Source of the DNA: Elusimicrobiota bacterium
GTDB taxonomy: Bacteria > Elusimicrobiota > Endomicrobiia > Endomicrobiales > JBDRNC01
Assembly: GCA_043811535.1 (NCBI GenBank)
Contig: JBDRNC010000017.1
Span: forward strand, 64,001-128,000
Direction: 5' to 3'
Length of the DNA stretch: 64,000 bases
Shown here: positions 1 to 10,349 of the stretch, one piece after another
How the letters are laid out: each line of letters starts with the position of its first letter
How positions within the stretch are numbered: position 1 is the stretch's first letter
Position numbers and translations under genes: made by a program
Notes under the pieces: generated by a model
What the model was told of the DNA's origin: nothing
The model's database searches: none
What the model saw: only the letters and a program-made list of their open reading frames with translations

Positions 1-35
1 CTACTGAAATTTCGATGCGAAAAAAGGTTTTTCAA

Positions 36-1334
36 TCAACTCATATTGTTAAACTCTTCAGCCAGCTTCATCCCTTCCCATATGGATTCTTCCATAAAGG
101 AGTATTTCCAGGCGCCGTAGCGCCCTATTGAGTATATTCCGTTTTGTTTCAGAAAGCCGTGAATCATGTCGGTATATCTGCTGTATTCCTTGTCGTAGAT
201 CACATAAGCGAATGGTATGGGCATCCATTCCACAATCTCCGGTTTCGCCCCTTCATTAATAAGGCCGGCCTTTACCAGTCCGGCAAGGACTTCCGCGAGC
301 GTCTTTCTCCTGTCAACGCGTTTTCCAGGCGGTGAGCTTATCTCGATATACATGGAAAACAGTCCCGGCGGCGTCATGCTTTCAAGTATGTTTGAATAAA
401 TGCCCGATCTGTAAAATACATATTTTTTCCCGGGGTAGTATATCCAGTGTTTTTCGCTTATTTCAATGTCTTTATCCTCGTCTTTGAAGGCCAGATTCAG
501 GCAGTTTACGGAGTTCCATCTAAGTTTTTTCCGCGCGGCAGATATTTCCGGAGGAAGACCGATTATCTGGTCAAGGAGTTCGGGCAGAGGTTGTGTGGAA
601 ACGAGACGGTCGTAGCGAAAGATTTGTTTTCTGTCGGTTTCAACTATTCTGTTTTTGATGTCGATTTTCGCGGCGCACGTGCCGGTAATTATTTTGCCGG
701 CCCTGGAAGAGAGCGAATCCACCAGAGTCTGGATCCCCCCTTTTTCGGGGTAATAGAAGAAGACGTTATATCCGAAGTTCCTGTTAAGGCCGGAAACCGC
801 ACCCTCCGCAACTTCCTCAATGGAGGGTTGGGGAACGAACGGAGCGACCCATTCCGCCGTCAGGACTTTTGACGATACAGTCCAAAGCTTTTCATTGTAC
901 GGTTTCATGAAATGCTTAGTTATGCCTTTGCCGAACGTGGAAATAGACCAGTCGTAAAAACTGGAAGACGGGAGACGGGAGACGGGAGACTTCTTTAAAA
1001 AACCTTCGAGGCATTCTTTGCGTATTTTTTCCGGAAGGGCGTACAGGTTGGCCTGGAACGGATAAGGGACATAAGCGCCGTGCGCGCGTATACACGCGTT
1101 CCGTTTTATCTTTGCCAGTTTACCGCCGAGAAGGCCGTTGACGAACTTGAGGGTTTCGTCGTGGTGGAAATGAAGGAAATGCCCGGAGTAATCAAAAGTG
1201 CAGCCGTTTATATTGACCGAGCGGCACAAACCGCCGGGAATATTCTCCTTCTCGATTATTACGTGCGGTTTCTTAAGGCAGCATGCGAATGACAGCCCCG
1301 TTACTCCCGCGCCGATGATTACAGTATCATTCAT
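36..1334 (-). CDS. FAD-dependent oxidoreductase (UDP-galactopyranose mutase / protoporphyrinogen oxidase-like)
   Basis: N-terminal GAGVTG dinucleotide-binding motif, GGLCRS and C-terminal IGRYGAWKY. Start moved to ATG 1334 (MNDTVIIG) because the longer ORF overlaps the upstream gene. Confidence 0.8.
   Translation of the reverse strand: MNDTVIIGAGVTGLSFACCLKKPHVIIEKENIPGGLCRSVNINGCTFDYSGHFLHFHHDETLKFVNGLLGGKLAKIKRNACIRAHGAYVPYPFQANLYALPEKIRKECLEGFLKKSPVSRLPSSSFYDWSISTFGKGITKHFMKPYNEKLWTVSSKVLTAEWVAPFVPQPSIEEVAEGAVSGLNRNFGYNVFFYYPEKGGIQTLVDSLSSRAGKIITGTCAAKIDIKNRIVETDRKQIFRYDRLVSTQPLPELLDQIIGLPPEISAARKKLRWNSVNCLNLAFKDEDKDIEISEKHWIYYPGKKYVFYRSGIYSNILESMTPPGLFSMYIEISSPPGKRVDRRKTLAEVLAGLVKAGLINEGAKPEIVEWMPIPFAYVIYDKEYSRYTDMIHGFLKQNGIYSIGRYGAWKYSFMEESIWEGMKLAEEFNNMS
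966..990. repeat. (AGACGGG)x3.6 heptamer tandem repeat inside a CDS
   Basis: AGACGGG at 966, 973 and 980 plus AGAC at 987; lies in the KSPVSRLPSS segment of the minus-strand protein. Confidence 0.7.
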
Positions 1335-1348
1335 AAAACAGTCTTTGA

Positions 1349-2392
1349 TTAATCGATCTTGGCCTTGCTCAGCTGGTAACTCGCGAATGCGGCAAACAAT
1401 ATGACGCCTGCCAGCAGGATGGAAGACCACAAGAGAGACAAACGGGTGGACAGGAAAGCAGTAATAGAAAGAATGACGCTGATGACGTATGTGACGGTGA
1501 TTATTTTCGGCCTGCTGAATCCGAGTTTTTCCAGCCTCAGCGCAAAATGGTCCTTGCTTCCCATGAAAGGAGACTGCCCTTTTCTCCACCTGAAATACAT
1601 GACAAGAAACGTGTCGTATATGGGTATCGCCAGTATCAAAAGAGGCGAGAAGAGCCCTATGTCGTTAATCTTAGTGTAAGATGTGCCGAGGGCCAGAGAT
1701 GCGAGTATGAAACCTACGGTCATGCTTCCGGTATCGCCCATGAATATCTTCTTTTTCTTCGATAGATTAAACGGGATGAAACCAAGACAGCCGCCTGCGA
1801 GAGCCGCGGCGCAGAAGTTAACGTAAATCGCTTCCGAAGGGAGCGAAATGAACAGGAAAGCGAGACTGGCTATGACGGCTATGCCGCTTGACAGACCGTC
1901 CATTATATCCACTATATTGAAGGCGTTCGTTATGCCTACTACCCAGATAATGCTCAGTATAAAGGCCACCACATACGGCGAAACGAAATGCAGCCTGATG
2001 TCGAAGAAAGTTATCGCGAGCGCCGCGGCGGCCTGTATCATGAATTTTTTCTTGAATCCCAGCCCTTTGGGAAGGACATCGTCGATAAGCCCCAGAAGAA
2101 GGATTATAACGCTGCCGAGAATGACTCCCCTTAGGTTGTGCAGCGTGCCCGTAGGGAAATGCGTGAAGAGCCTGATAAGGAAAAGGCTGATGACCCAAGA
2201 GCTCCATATCGCCATCCCGCCAAGGTACGGGGTAGGTTGATGGTGTGTCTTGATCTTCGAAAGAGGATGGTCGAGTATGTTGAATTTTATCGCGATTTTT
2301 CTGAAAATGGGAGTGAGAACGAGCGAAAAAACAAGCGCCGCGGCAAACACTATGCAGTATAGCTGAATGTAGTTCATGTCCGGAAATTTCAT
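1349..2392 (-). CDS. wecA: MraY/WecA/TagO family undecaprenyl-phosphate GlcNAc-1-phosphate transferase
   Basis: Polytopic membrane protein with PYLGG, GLIDD, NAFNIVDIMDGL, FMGDTGS and DH motifs. Confidence 0.85.
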   Translation of the reverse strand: MKFPDMNYIQLYCIVFAAALVFSLVLTPIFRKIAIKFNILDHPLSKIKTHHQPTPYLGGMAIWSSWVISLFLIRLFTHFPTGTLHNLRGVILGSVIILLLGLIDDVLPKGLGFKKKFMIQAAAALAITFFDIRLHFVSPYVVAFILSIIWVVGITNAFNIVDIMDGLSSGIAVIASLAFLFISLPSEAIYVNFCAAALAGGCLGFIPFNLSKKKKIFMGDTGSMTVGFILASLALGTSYTKINDIGLFSPLLILAIPIYDTFLVMYFRWRKGQSPFMGSKDHFALRLEKLGFSRPKIITVTYVISVILSITAFLSTRLSLLWSSILLAGVILFAAFASYQLSKAKID

Positions 2393-2399
2393 AGTTTTC

Positions 2400-4325
2400 T
2401 TATTTTATTCTATAAACTTCACAATAGGCGTCTTTATAAATACCAGTCAGGAATGACCTTTTGAATTTCAGGAAATTCTTCAGGCCGTTTTCCGTAAATT
2501 CTTTCTCAACACCCAGTCTTGCGTACTCGTAATTGTTAATGAGGATATGCGTTACGCCGTTGTCCCGGGCAGTTTTATGTATCTTATCGGAATTTTCTGA
2601 ATTATTGGCCCAGGTGACGAAAGGATTTTTGTCGAAAACCGTCGGTATCACAGAGTCCTTAGCGAAATAGTAGCTTCTGGTCTCGCCGAGGAAGAGCACT
2701 TTTGCCCGGTCCGGCAGATTGTTGACGCATTTATGCGCGGCCGGAAAATAATTCAGTTTCCTGCCAAGGTATTCCTGCCTGCTTTCGCTCCGGAGAACCG
2801 GAGAATACGGGTCAACCTCGGTCATCGTCCAGTGGAAAAACAGCAAATTATGCAAAAGAACAATTGCCAATATCACGTACGCGACATTCCTGACAGGGCG
2901 TTCTGCCGCCGTGCTGACTATCCCGCGCGCCGAAAGCAGGCACAAGAACGGGATTACGGGTATTAGAAATCTCAACACTTTGCCGGAAACCAGCCAGGCT
3001 AATCCGAAAGCCAATGAAAATACAATCAAAACTCTATCTATTTTATCAATTTTTTTGCTCAAAAACAAGAGAGGCAGCAGCAGCAGGAAAACGGGTCCTG
3101 GCATGTCAAACCCCCCGCCGTACCTGAAACCGAAAATGGTAAGATTCCACGGCAGCATTATGAAATCCAGAGGGTTTTTAAGGGGCATGCCGTGCCCGGA
3201 TATGTGGCTGAAGTAGTTTTTCGCGTGTTCGGCTGTCAGAAGGGAGCCGGTAAATATGCCTGTTCCCCACGGCGATACAGGATTATGGACGAATACCCAG
3301 TTCTTTATGAGCCACGGCGCGAAAACTAGCAGGGCCGCGGAAGAGAATAAAACAGCCGGCCTAACTCTTTTAGCGTGAATGCAGGCCAAGACCGCTATTA
3401 TAGCGGCCGGCGCCATGGCCGTGTATTTTATGCCCGCGGCAACCCCGGAGAAAACCCCGGCCGCGGCGATCCATGAGTTATCGCCGGTCTCTCTCCACAG
3501 CATGAAAGCGTAAAACGACATAAAAACGAAAAACGCGAGGCCAAGGTCTACGTAAGTCCCCGCCGCGAGGAACATGACGGCCGGTGAGAACATCCAGGCC
3601 GCCGAAGCGATCAGTGCGGTTTTAACGTCCCAATACCTCCTGGCGAAGCTGAACACGGCCAATCCCGTCAGCGGCAGGAACAGCCAGTGGATTAAATTGG
3701 CAAATATATCGCCGCGCGCGAGCATAGCGGCCTGATAGAGCATCTCCATATTCTGCGGAAAGGAAAAGAAGAAGTTTTCCTTTACGAAATACATTCTTCC
3801 TGCGTCGATATACTTCTGGGGCAGCGCGAGATGGTAAACCAGGGAATCGAATTGCGTTGGCGGGGCGAGAGCTCCGACCAGCGTGCTGAGCAGCGGGAGC
3901 AAGGCGGCGATCGCGAATGACGCGTGGAGTTTTGCCGGTCTGAAACGAAGCACTTTTGCGTACAAGATGAAAAGTGTGAGGCCGGCCGATAACACCGCGA
4001 TAACCGAAAAGTTATTCGCGCACGAAACGGAATTCAACAGCAGGACCGCGGCTGAGATAACGCCTATGCCGGTTCCCGCGGAAAATAACAGGATCTCGGT
4101 TTTTTTCGCCCGCGCATTTCTCCAGAAAAACAGGCCGTATCCGGTGGCCGCGAAAAAGAATATAAGCAGGAACGCGATATCCGCGAATATTTGGCCATGG
4201 ACGGAAACTGACGATACGGACGGCAGGCCGGTTAGCATCCCCCTCGGCGGGAAATAGCTCAAATATTCGATGCTGATAAACGTAAGCCATGCCGCTATCA
4301 GGAGTTTTGATATTCTACCGCTCAT
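2400..4325 (-). CDS. GT-C fold (GT39/ArnT-like) membrane glycosyltransferase
   Basis: Many TM helices; DSLVYHL loop, YVD, GIKYT and PWLIKNW..HNP motifs. Confidence 0.7.
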   Translation of the reverse strand: MSGRISKLLIAAWLTFISIEYLSYFPPRGMLTGLPSVSSVSVHGQIFADIAFLLIFFFAATGYGLFFWRNARAKKTEILLFSAGTGIGVISAAVLLLNSVSCANNFSVIAVLSAGLTLFILYAKVLRFRPAKLHASFAIAALLPLLSTLVGALAPPTQFDSLVYHLALPQKYIDAGRMYFVKENFFFSFPQNMEMLYQAAMLARGDIFANLIHWLFLPLTGLAVFSFARRYWDVKTALIASAAWMFSPAVMFLAAGTYVDLGLAFFVFMSFYAFMLWRETGDNSWIAAAGVFSGVAAGIKYTAMAPAAIIAVLACIHAKRVRPAVLFSSAALLVFAPWLIKNWVFVHNPVSPWGTGIFTGSLLTAEHAKNYFSHISGHGMPLKNPLDFIMLPWNLTIFGFRYGGGFDMPGPVFLLLLPLLFLSKKIDKIDRVLIVFSLAFGLAWLVSGKVLRFLIPVIPFLCLLSARGIVSTAAERPVRNVAYVILAIVLLHNLLFFHWTMTEVDPYSPVLRSESRQEYLGRKLNYFPAAHKCVNNLPDRAKVLFLGETRSYYFAKDSVIPTVFDKNPFVTWANNSENSDKIHKTARDNGVTHILINNYEYARLGVEKEFTENGLKNFLKFKRSFLTGIYKDAYCEVYRIK

Positions 4326-5820
4326 CCGCGGGTCCTTTTTTATGTTTTCTGTAAAGTGTTATTCGCGGATGGTGAAAAGGGGCCAATGGTATCCATTCCC
4401 ATTCCTTTTCAATCGCGAAGTATTTAAGAAGTGAATTTTCCCACTCCGGAGCCGGGCCGTTTGAGAAACGGCTTGTTAGTACGTATTCGAATTCGCTTGA
4501 AATCTTTTCCGCCGGAGCGCCGGCCAGTTTACCCTCCCAGTCGACCATGACTATATAGGGGTCAGTGACGGTGAATTCCGGGGTATTAGGCATCCTTAGT
4601 ATATTTGAGCCGGGTTCAATGTTTGTTCTCATCCACTTAAGAGCGGTCAGCCTTGTGTCTTCTTTTGAAAGAAGTATGTCCGTCTTTACGCTTTGATAGG
4701 CCGGAAAAAGGCACGCGATGATGATAGCGGTCCTTATTATACGTCCGTATTTATCCGAATCTAAACCCGATATTCCCGCGAGCAGTAAAAAAGGTATCAC
4801 GGGCAGGAAATAATGCGGAGAGACAATTTTCCATGTAAGTAAAAAAGCGATGTAAAGCGCCGGGCATATGATCCAAAGCAGCAATTTGCCTGTGTTGCGG
4901 TTTTTCAAAATATAGAAAACAATACCCGCAATCAGCAGCAAAAGCAGCGCCGGTTTGAAGACGTCAGCGAATGTTTTTACGAATATGATAAGGTTCGCTG
5001 ACGGGACGCTGCCGCCGCCTGCCGGACCCCATACGATATAGTTGAACCTGTCGGCGAACCTTGAATAAAACGCCTGAAAGTCAATAAGCGCGAACGGACA
5101 ACCCGCGATAAAACCCGCTAACACCAGTCCCGCGGACGCAAGCGCCCTGTGGTATTTTTTTACGGCCAGCAGATAAACCAGCACCGGTATAAAAAACACC
5201 GCCGGATAGTATTTCGCGGCGATGCCGAGCCCCATAAGGAAAGAGCCTTTGTAAAGATCCGGTGTTTTACCGTCCTTAAAGTGCCTGCTGAAAAACAGGA
5301 ATGACGCGAGCAGGAAGAAAACACACGTCGTATCCACCATCGCGTAATGGCCGTAAAGGACACTGATAGGTATAAGCGCCATCGCCAGCGCGGGCAGCAG
5401 GCCTCCTCCGGCGAAATTTTCCTTCCCGAGCCTGTACACGAGATAAACGCTGCCGGTGCCGAAGGCGGCGCTTAGGAGCCTGCCGATAATATAAAAAGCG
5501 GACGCGTTGCCGCTAAGGTATATCCCGATGAAAGAGTCCATGTTCTGGAATATACCGAAGAGTTTTCCGATCAAAAAATACGCGAAATAGAGCGTGCCGA
5601 GCATGTACGGGTAAAGTGTCGGGTAGTCAAAAAAGACATGCGGGTTGAGATCGCCGGTAAGAAAACGCAGCGAATAAAACACGACAACAGCCTCGTCGAT
5701 GTGGGCCTTTTTTAAAGGCAGTCCCCATAAGAGTCCCCATAGCGTAAGGAGAGACGAGACGGCAAGAATAAGGAACAGCGGCAGTTTTTCCGGAAATATA
5801 TTTTTGGGGGCCATTGCCAT
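4315..5820 (-). CDS. GT-C fold (GT39/ArnT-like) membrane glycosyltransferase
   Basis: WGLP..HIDE, LNPHVFFDYPTLY, GR..SA.FG, HYAMVD and AKY motifs. Start trimmed to ATG 5820, just after the upstream stop at 5825. Confidence 0.75.
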   Translation of the reverse strand: MAMAPKNIFPEKLPLFLILAVSSLLTLWGLLWGLPLKKAHIDEAVVVFYSLRFLTGDLNPHVFFDYPTLYPYMLGTLYFAYFLIGKLFGIFQNMDSFIGIYLSGNASAFYIIGRLLSAAFGTGSVYLVYRLGKENFAGGGLLPALAMALIPISVLYGHYAMVDTTCVFFLLASFLFFSRHFKDGKTPDLYKGSFLMGLGIAAKYYPAVFFIPVLVYLLAVKKYHRALASAGLVLAGFIAGCPFALIDFQAFYSRFADRFNYIVWGPAGGGSVPSANLIIFVKTFADVFKPALLLLLIAGIVFYILKNRNTGKLLLWIICPALYIAFLLTWKIVSPHYFLPVIPFLLLAGISGLDSDKYGRIIRTAIIIACLFPAYQSVKTDILLSKEDTRLTALKWMRTNIEPGSNILRMPNTPEFTVTDPYIVMVDWEGKLAGAPAEKISSEFEYVLTSRFSNGPAPEWENSLLKYFAIEKEWEWIPLAPFHHPRITLYRKHKKGPADER

Positions 5821-5824
5821 TGGT

Positions 5825-7126
5825 TTATAGTTTGACAATCTTGGGATTTCTGATGTTCTTGGTGGCGTTCCTGCAGTCGACCACGAGCCTGGCCGTTGAA
5901 ACCAGCTGCGCGTAGTTAATATTTGTGTGATTAGTTGTGATAGCGACCGCGTCGAATTTTCCGGTCGCACCAAGGTTTTTCGCCGACTTGTAAATTTTTC
6001 CCCCGAATTTCAGCTCAGGGATATACGGGTCGTAATAGCTGACGCGGGAGCCGCTGTCCAAAAGAAGTTTCATCACATCAAGCGCCGGCGATTCCCTCAT
6101 GTCATTGACGTCTTTCTTGTACGCCAACCCGACCAGCAGGATTTTCGCGTTTTTCATTGAAATACCTTTCGCATTCAGCGAGTCGCTGATCTTGCGCACG
6201 ACGTATTCCGGCATTTTAGAGTTTATTTCGCCGGCAAGTTCGATGAACCTCGAATAGAAGTTCAGCGTTTTTAGTTTCCATGAAAGGTACTGCGGATCCA
6301 GGGGTATGCAGTGTCCGCCGATGCCAGGCCCCGGGTAGAACGGCATGAAACCGAAGGGTTTTGTTGCCGCGGCGTCTATGATCTCCCACACGTCAAGTTT
6401 CAGCTTGTCACACATCAGGGCCACTTCGTTCACGAGGGCAATATTGACGGCACGGAACGTGTTTTCCAGGAGTTTGACCATTTCGGCCGCTTCAGGAGAC
6501 GAAACTGTCACTGCATTATCCGTAACGTTGGAATATAAAAGCCGCGCGAGCTCGGTGCATTGGGGCGTGATGCCTCCTACTATCTTGGGAGTGTTCCTGA
6601 TGCCGAAGGTTTTATTAGACGGGTCCACGCGTTCCGGGCTGAACGCAAGAAAAAAATCGCCGCCGCATTTGTGCCCCGACTTTTCGAGCATAGGAAGCAC
6701 AAGGTCGCGAGTGGTCCCGGGATACGTGGTGGATTCAAGAATCAGCAGATGGCCTTTCTGAAGGTGTTTTTTTACATGTTCCGCGGCCGAAACGATATAC
6801 GACACATCAGGATCTTTTGATTTTCTTAAAGGGGTTGGGACGCAGATTATTATTACCTGAACGTCCCTGAGCATCCCGAAATCCGACGTGGCTTTCAGTC
6901 TTTTATCGCGGACATGTTTCTTCAGCGCGGCCGATCTGACATCGGCTATGTAAGATGTTCCCTTCGATATTTTTTTTACTTTTTTAGCGTCTACTTCAAA
7001 ACCTATTGTAGTAAAACCGGCTTCTGCGAATTCAATCGCGAGCGGAAGCCCGACATAGCCGAGCCCTATGACGCCGATTTTGGCCTTTCTTGACCTTAGT
7101 TTTTCTTTAAGCGTTTTAAAGTACAT
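5825..7126 (-). CDS. wbpA: UDP-N-acetylglucosamine 6-dehydrogenase (nucleotide-sugar dehydrogenase)
   Basis: GLGYVGLP, CVPTP, LESTTYPGTT, FSPERVDP, GGHCIPLDP and DMRESPA motifs. Confidence 0.9.
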   Translation of the reverse strand: MYFKTLKEKLRSRKAKIGVIGLGYVGLPLAIEFAEAGFTTIGFEVDAKKVKKISKGTSYIADVRSAALKKHVRDKRLKATSDFGMLRDVQVIIICVPTPLRKSKDPDVSYIVSAAEHVKKHLQKGHLLILESTTYPGTTRDLVLPMLEKSGHKCGGDFFLAFSPERVDPSNKTFGIRNTPKIVGGITPQCTELARLLYSNVTDNAVTVSSPEAAEMVKLLENTFRAVNIALVNEVALMCDKLKLDVWEIIDAAATKPFGFMPFYPGPGIGGHCIPLDPQYLSWKLKTLNFYSRFIELAGEINSKMPEYVVRKISDSLNAKGISMKNAKILLVGLAYKKDVNDMRESPALDVMKLLLDSGSRVSYYDPYIPELKFGGKIYKSAKNLGATGKFDAVAITTNHTNINYAQLVSTARLVVDCRNATKNIRNPKIVKL

Positions 7127-8201
7127 TCTTCCTCCCGAGCAGAGCGGAATATATATCGTCGACGGAACGTATCATCTTTTCTTCGGTGAACAGCAGGGAT
7201 TTTTCGCGTCCCCGCCTGCCCATGTCGCCGGCTTTTCCTGGATTTTCAATTAAATAATCCAAAGCTTTTGAAAAACTAAGAGTATCGCAGGATTTTTTCA
7301 GTGTTCCCGTGACACCTTCATCTACGAGTTCTTTCACGCCGCCGACGTCTGAAGCGACTACGGGAAGCGACATGGCCATTGCTTCGAGGATGGATTGCGG
7401 GAAGCTTTCCTCCCTTGACGGCATCAGGAAGATATCCGAAACGGATAAAAGCTCGTTTATGTCGCCGCGCCAGCCGAGAAGCAGTAACCTTTTTCCGAGT
7501 CCCGCTCTTGAGACTGCGACTTCTATATTTTTCCTTTCAGGGCCGTCGCCGGCAAGCAGGAATATGCCTTTTTTTGTGTTCCGCGCGATCTCGGGAAGCA
7601 GGTCGGCCCCTTTTTCCCTGTGAAGCCGTATGGTGCTGATTATAACGGGCCCCTGTCCGCTTATACCCAATTCTTTTAAGATCTCTTCTTTAGGCCGCCA
7701 GGTTTTGAATTTCTCAAAATTAAGACCGTTGTAAACAACGGATATTTTGTCCGCCCGGACCCCGTCCCTGGAAATAAGGATTGATCTGGCGGAATCCGAA
7801 TTCGCTATCACGCAGTCACACCATCTGGAAGTAAAACCGTCAATCCACGCGTGATAGGGTTTCTTCCATGCGTCGACAGCCTGCTGCGTGGAAACGACCA
7901 CCGGTGTTTTGGCCAGCATCCCGGCGAATCTGCCGAGGATGTTTGCGCGGTAGAGGAACGTGTGCAGGAGGCTGACACCGTTGTTTTGAAGAAAATCCCT
8001 GATCTTCCACGGGGAGCTGAATTTGACCACCGGAATACCCCGGTCTTCTTCAAGATATTTCCCGACAGCCCCTTTTTCCTTAAGATACCCGACCGTAAAA
8101 TCGTATTTGTGCCCGAGGTTTTCGATAAGAACGGCGAGAAATCTTTCCGTCCCCCCCGTGTTTAGGCTCGTGGAAAGGTAAAGCGCTTTTATCTTAGGCA
8201 T
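7116..8201 (-). CDS. Glycosyltransferase family 4
   Basis: GGTER, GDGPE and PSREESFPQSILEAMA (EX7E) motifs. Confidence 0.9.
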   Translation of the reverse strand: MPKIKALYLSTSLNTGGTERFLAVLIENLGHKYDFTVGYLKEKGAVGKYLEEDRGIPVVKFSSPWKIRDFLQNNGVSLLHTFLYRANILGRFAGMLAKTPVVVSTQQAVDAWKKPYHAWIDGFTSRWCDCVIANSDSARSILISRDGVRADKISVVYNGLNFEKFKTWRPKEEILKELGISGQGPVIISTIRLHREKGADLLPEIARNTKKGIFLLAGDGPERKNIEVAVSRAGLGKRLLLLGWRGDINELLSVSDIFLMPSREESFPQSILEAMAMSLPVVASDVGGVKELVDEGVTGTLKKSCDTLSFSKALDYLIENPGKAGDMGRRGREKSLLFTEEKMIRSVDDIYSALLGRKNVL

Positions 8202-9108
8202 CGGTTTGCCCGTCTTTTCTGTTTGAAGGAAGTTTCAGTTTAGAGAGATTCCACCCGGATTGCCACAATTCGATGAATCCGCCCAGTAACCCGTAGAAAT
8301 AATTTATAAAAACCATGAAACTCGTTATCATGACCGCTTGCGTGGCGGACACAGCATACAACGGCAGCAATGCTATTAGCGACCCTTCTTTGGCGCCGAT
8401 TCCGAGCATCGATATGGGTATCATGGCTGCCATCGCGGTCGTGGCCGTAAGTCCGATGGCTTCGATTACGGGGATATGGGCTCCTAGGCACCTGATCACT
8501 GAATATGTCATGAAACAACTCGCGAGCTGTCCGATGAATGAAAACAGCACCGCCTTGAAGATATCGGCCGGGTGGTGTTTGGAAAAATCCAGAACCGCGT
8601 GGCCCCAGAAAACGAATCTTTTTCTCAGGAAATAAGCCGCGACCAGGGCGGCGGCGAAAGCCAGCCAGAGCAGGTTGTTATGGAAAGGAGAAGGGAACGT
8701 CATGAATAACAGGAACCATGTGGCCACGCCCAGTATCCTGTCCAGCGCCGTGATAAGCGTTGCGGTTTTGTAGTTGTTGCCGATATGCGCCTTTAGTTTA
8801 AATATCCTGACGACTTCGGCGGCCAATGTCGTCGGTATGAATAAAACATAGAACAACGACAAAAGGTTAGCGTTAAAAAGGTCCTTCAGCCTTGCGCTGG
8901 AATCCGGGCAGAATCCCTTGATGATTATCTTCCATCTCAGGGTCACGAAAAAGAGGACCCCGAGATTGCATAACAGAGCGGCAATACCCCACCTGATATC
9001 GGCTGTTCGAAGGACGTTCTGAGCCGTCGCGAGATCAAACTTGTACACCGACCACGCGATCAGGGCTATGACAAAAAGAATTTTAACGATAAAAAGTAAG
9101 GTTTTCAT
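8194..9108 (-). CDS. Lysylphosphatidylglycerol synthase TM-domain protein (flippase-like)
   Basis: Hydrophobic; RW, IPT...EVVR, DR..G and PISMLGIGAKE patterns typical of UPF0104/LPG_synthase_TM. Confidence 0.7.
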   Translation of the reverse strand: MKTLLFIVKILFVIALIAWSVYKFDLATAQNVLRTADIRWGIAALLCNLGVLFFVTLRWKIIIKGFCPDSSARLKDLFNANLLSLFYVLFIPTTLAAEVVRIFKLKAHIGNNYKTATLITALDRILGVATWFLLFMTFPSPFHNNLLWLAFAAALVAAYFLRKRFVFWGHAVLDFSKHHPADIFKAVLFSFIGQLASCFMTYSVIRCLGAHIPVIEAIGLTATTAMAAMIPISMLGIGAKEGSLIALLPLYAVSATQAVMITSFMVFINYFYGLLGGFIELWQSGWNLSKLKLPSNRKDGQTDA

Positions 9109-10313
9109 TGCCGTTTTGTTGCGTATGATTTGAGCGACCGGTAACCGTAGTAGAGGGTGTATGATGCGAAGATGATTATATACGGGTCAATCGGGACGCG
9201 GTACCGTAATACGACGACAAAGGGTAAATGAGCGGCCGTGAATATGACAAAAAGCAGCGCCAACAGAGACGTCTTCCTGAAATCCCTGTATGAGAGGAAA
9301 ATCCCGAGGATTCCGAGCGGGATATAAACGCCCGATGTGAGTTTGGCGGCAAGTTTTTGCCATTTATACGCCATCATCGGATAGAGCCTCCAGAAATGCA
9401 GGAATCTGGCCTTTAGAAGGAAAAGGAATTTATCGGGATTTTGTTTCAGCCATTCGTTTGCTTTCCGGGTGAAGATTTCCTCCTGTTCCATTCTGGGCAG
9501 TTTCAGGATTTCTTCGTGTTCCGCCGGGATTCCGGGCATTGACATCTCGGCCGACTGCGGGGTGTCAAACTCCCCGGCGGTTTCAAAATGCAGGACGTTA
9601 TCGTTGCATGCCAGATAAAATGACCTTCCCGCCGTTGAAACCGGGATGAATTTGCCGTAATAAAAATAATTCCTTACGGTCCACGGAGCGATGACAACCA
9701 GCGTGAAAATGCCGACGAGGAGGCCCGTCTTGAAACTTTTAGTCCGCCACCAGAGCCAGGCGCACGCGATTCCGTAGAACGGGAGCACGGTGGATTTCGT
9801 AAGCGATGTGATGCCGAGGATCACCCCGGTGGCAAGTATTATCTTAAAATCCGGTTTTTCGCTGCAGATGTAAAGCATAAGTACAGACAACGCTATCATA
9901 AACGTGAGGAAGGTCTCGGAAAGAAGGTCGCCGGTGTAGGCGATCATGTAAGGATAGAAACACATGAGAGCGGAGGCTATCCTCCCTACCTGGTATGAGA
10001 ACACTTTTTTGCCGATGAAGTAAATCAGGACACAGGTAGCGCTTCCCAGAAGGACGTTCAGCAGTCTGAACGCCAGGATGGATTTTCCGAAAACAAGCAT
10101 CGCGGCCGCGAGATATGTGGAATAACCCGGCGGTCTCCATGTTTCCCCGTATCCTTTGCCGGATATGATGTCCGACGCGACGCTGAGCCATTCTCCGCAG
10201 TCGGGAGAGAGCTGATCGTAGCCGAGTCTCAGGACAAAGACAAGCCTTATTATCGCGGCCGCGGCGAAAACGCAGATCAAAAACGTCTTTTCAGATATGT
10301 TGAGTTTTTTCAT
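9105..10313 (-). CDS. GT-C fold (GT39/PMT_2-like) membrane glycosyltransferase
   Basis: RPPGY, LLSETF, PWTVRNY and RYRVP motifs in a polytopic membrane protein. Confidence 0.75.
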   Translation of the reverse strand: MKKLNISEKTFLICVFAAAAIIRLVFVLRLGYDQLSPDCGEWLSVASDIISGKGYGETWRPPGYSTYLAAAMLVFGKSILAFRLLNVLLGSATCVLIYFIGKKVFSYQVGRIASALMCFYPYMIAYTGDLLSETFLTFMIALSVLMLYICSEKPDFKIILATGVILGITSLTKSTVLPFYGIACAWLWWRTKSFKTGLLVGIFTLVVIAPWTVRNYFYYGKFIPVSTAGRSFYLACNDNVLHFETAGEFDTPQSAEMSMPGIPAEHEEILKLPRMEQEEIFTRKANEWLKQNPDKFLFLLKARFLHFWRLYPMMAYKWQKLAAKLTSGVYIPLGILGIFLSYRDFRKTSLLALLFVIFTAAHLPFVVVLRYRVPIDPYIIIFASYTLYYGYRSLKSYATKRQ

Positions 10314-10349
10314 TTTATCCTAGGTAATGCGGCAGCAATAATACCGGGA

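Noticed and set aside
1335..1589. N-terminal extensions in the ORF track (also at 5821-5973, 34610-34681, 50517-50588 and 63096-63215)
   Set aside because: They overlap upstream genes and precede the family-typical N-terminus, so later start codons were chosen.
8151..8157. C7 (G7 on the coding strand) run near the 5' end of the GT4 gene as a phase-variation tract
   Set aside because: It is short, in frame and encodes the conserved GG of the GGxE motif.
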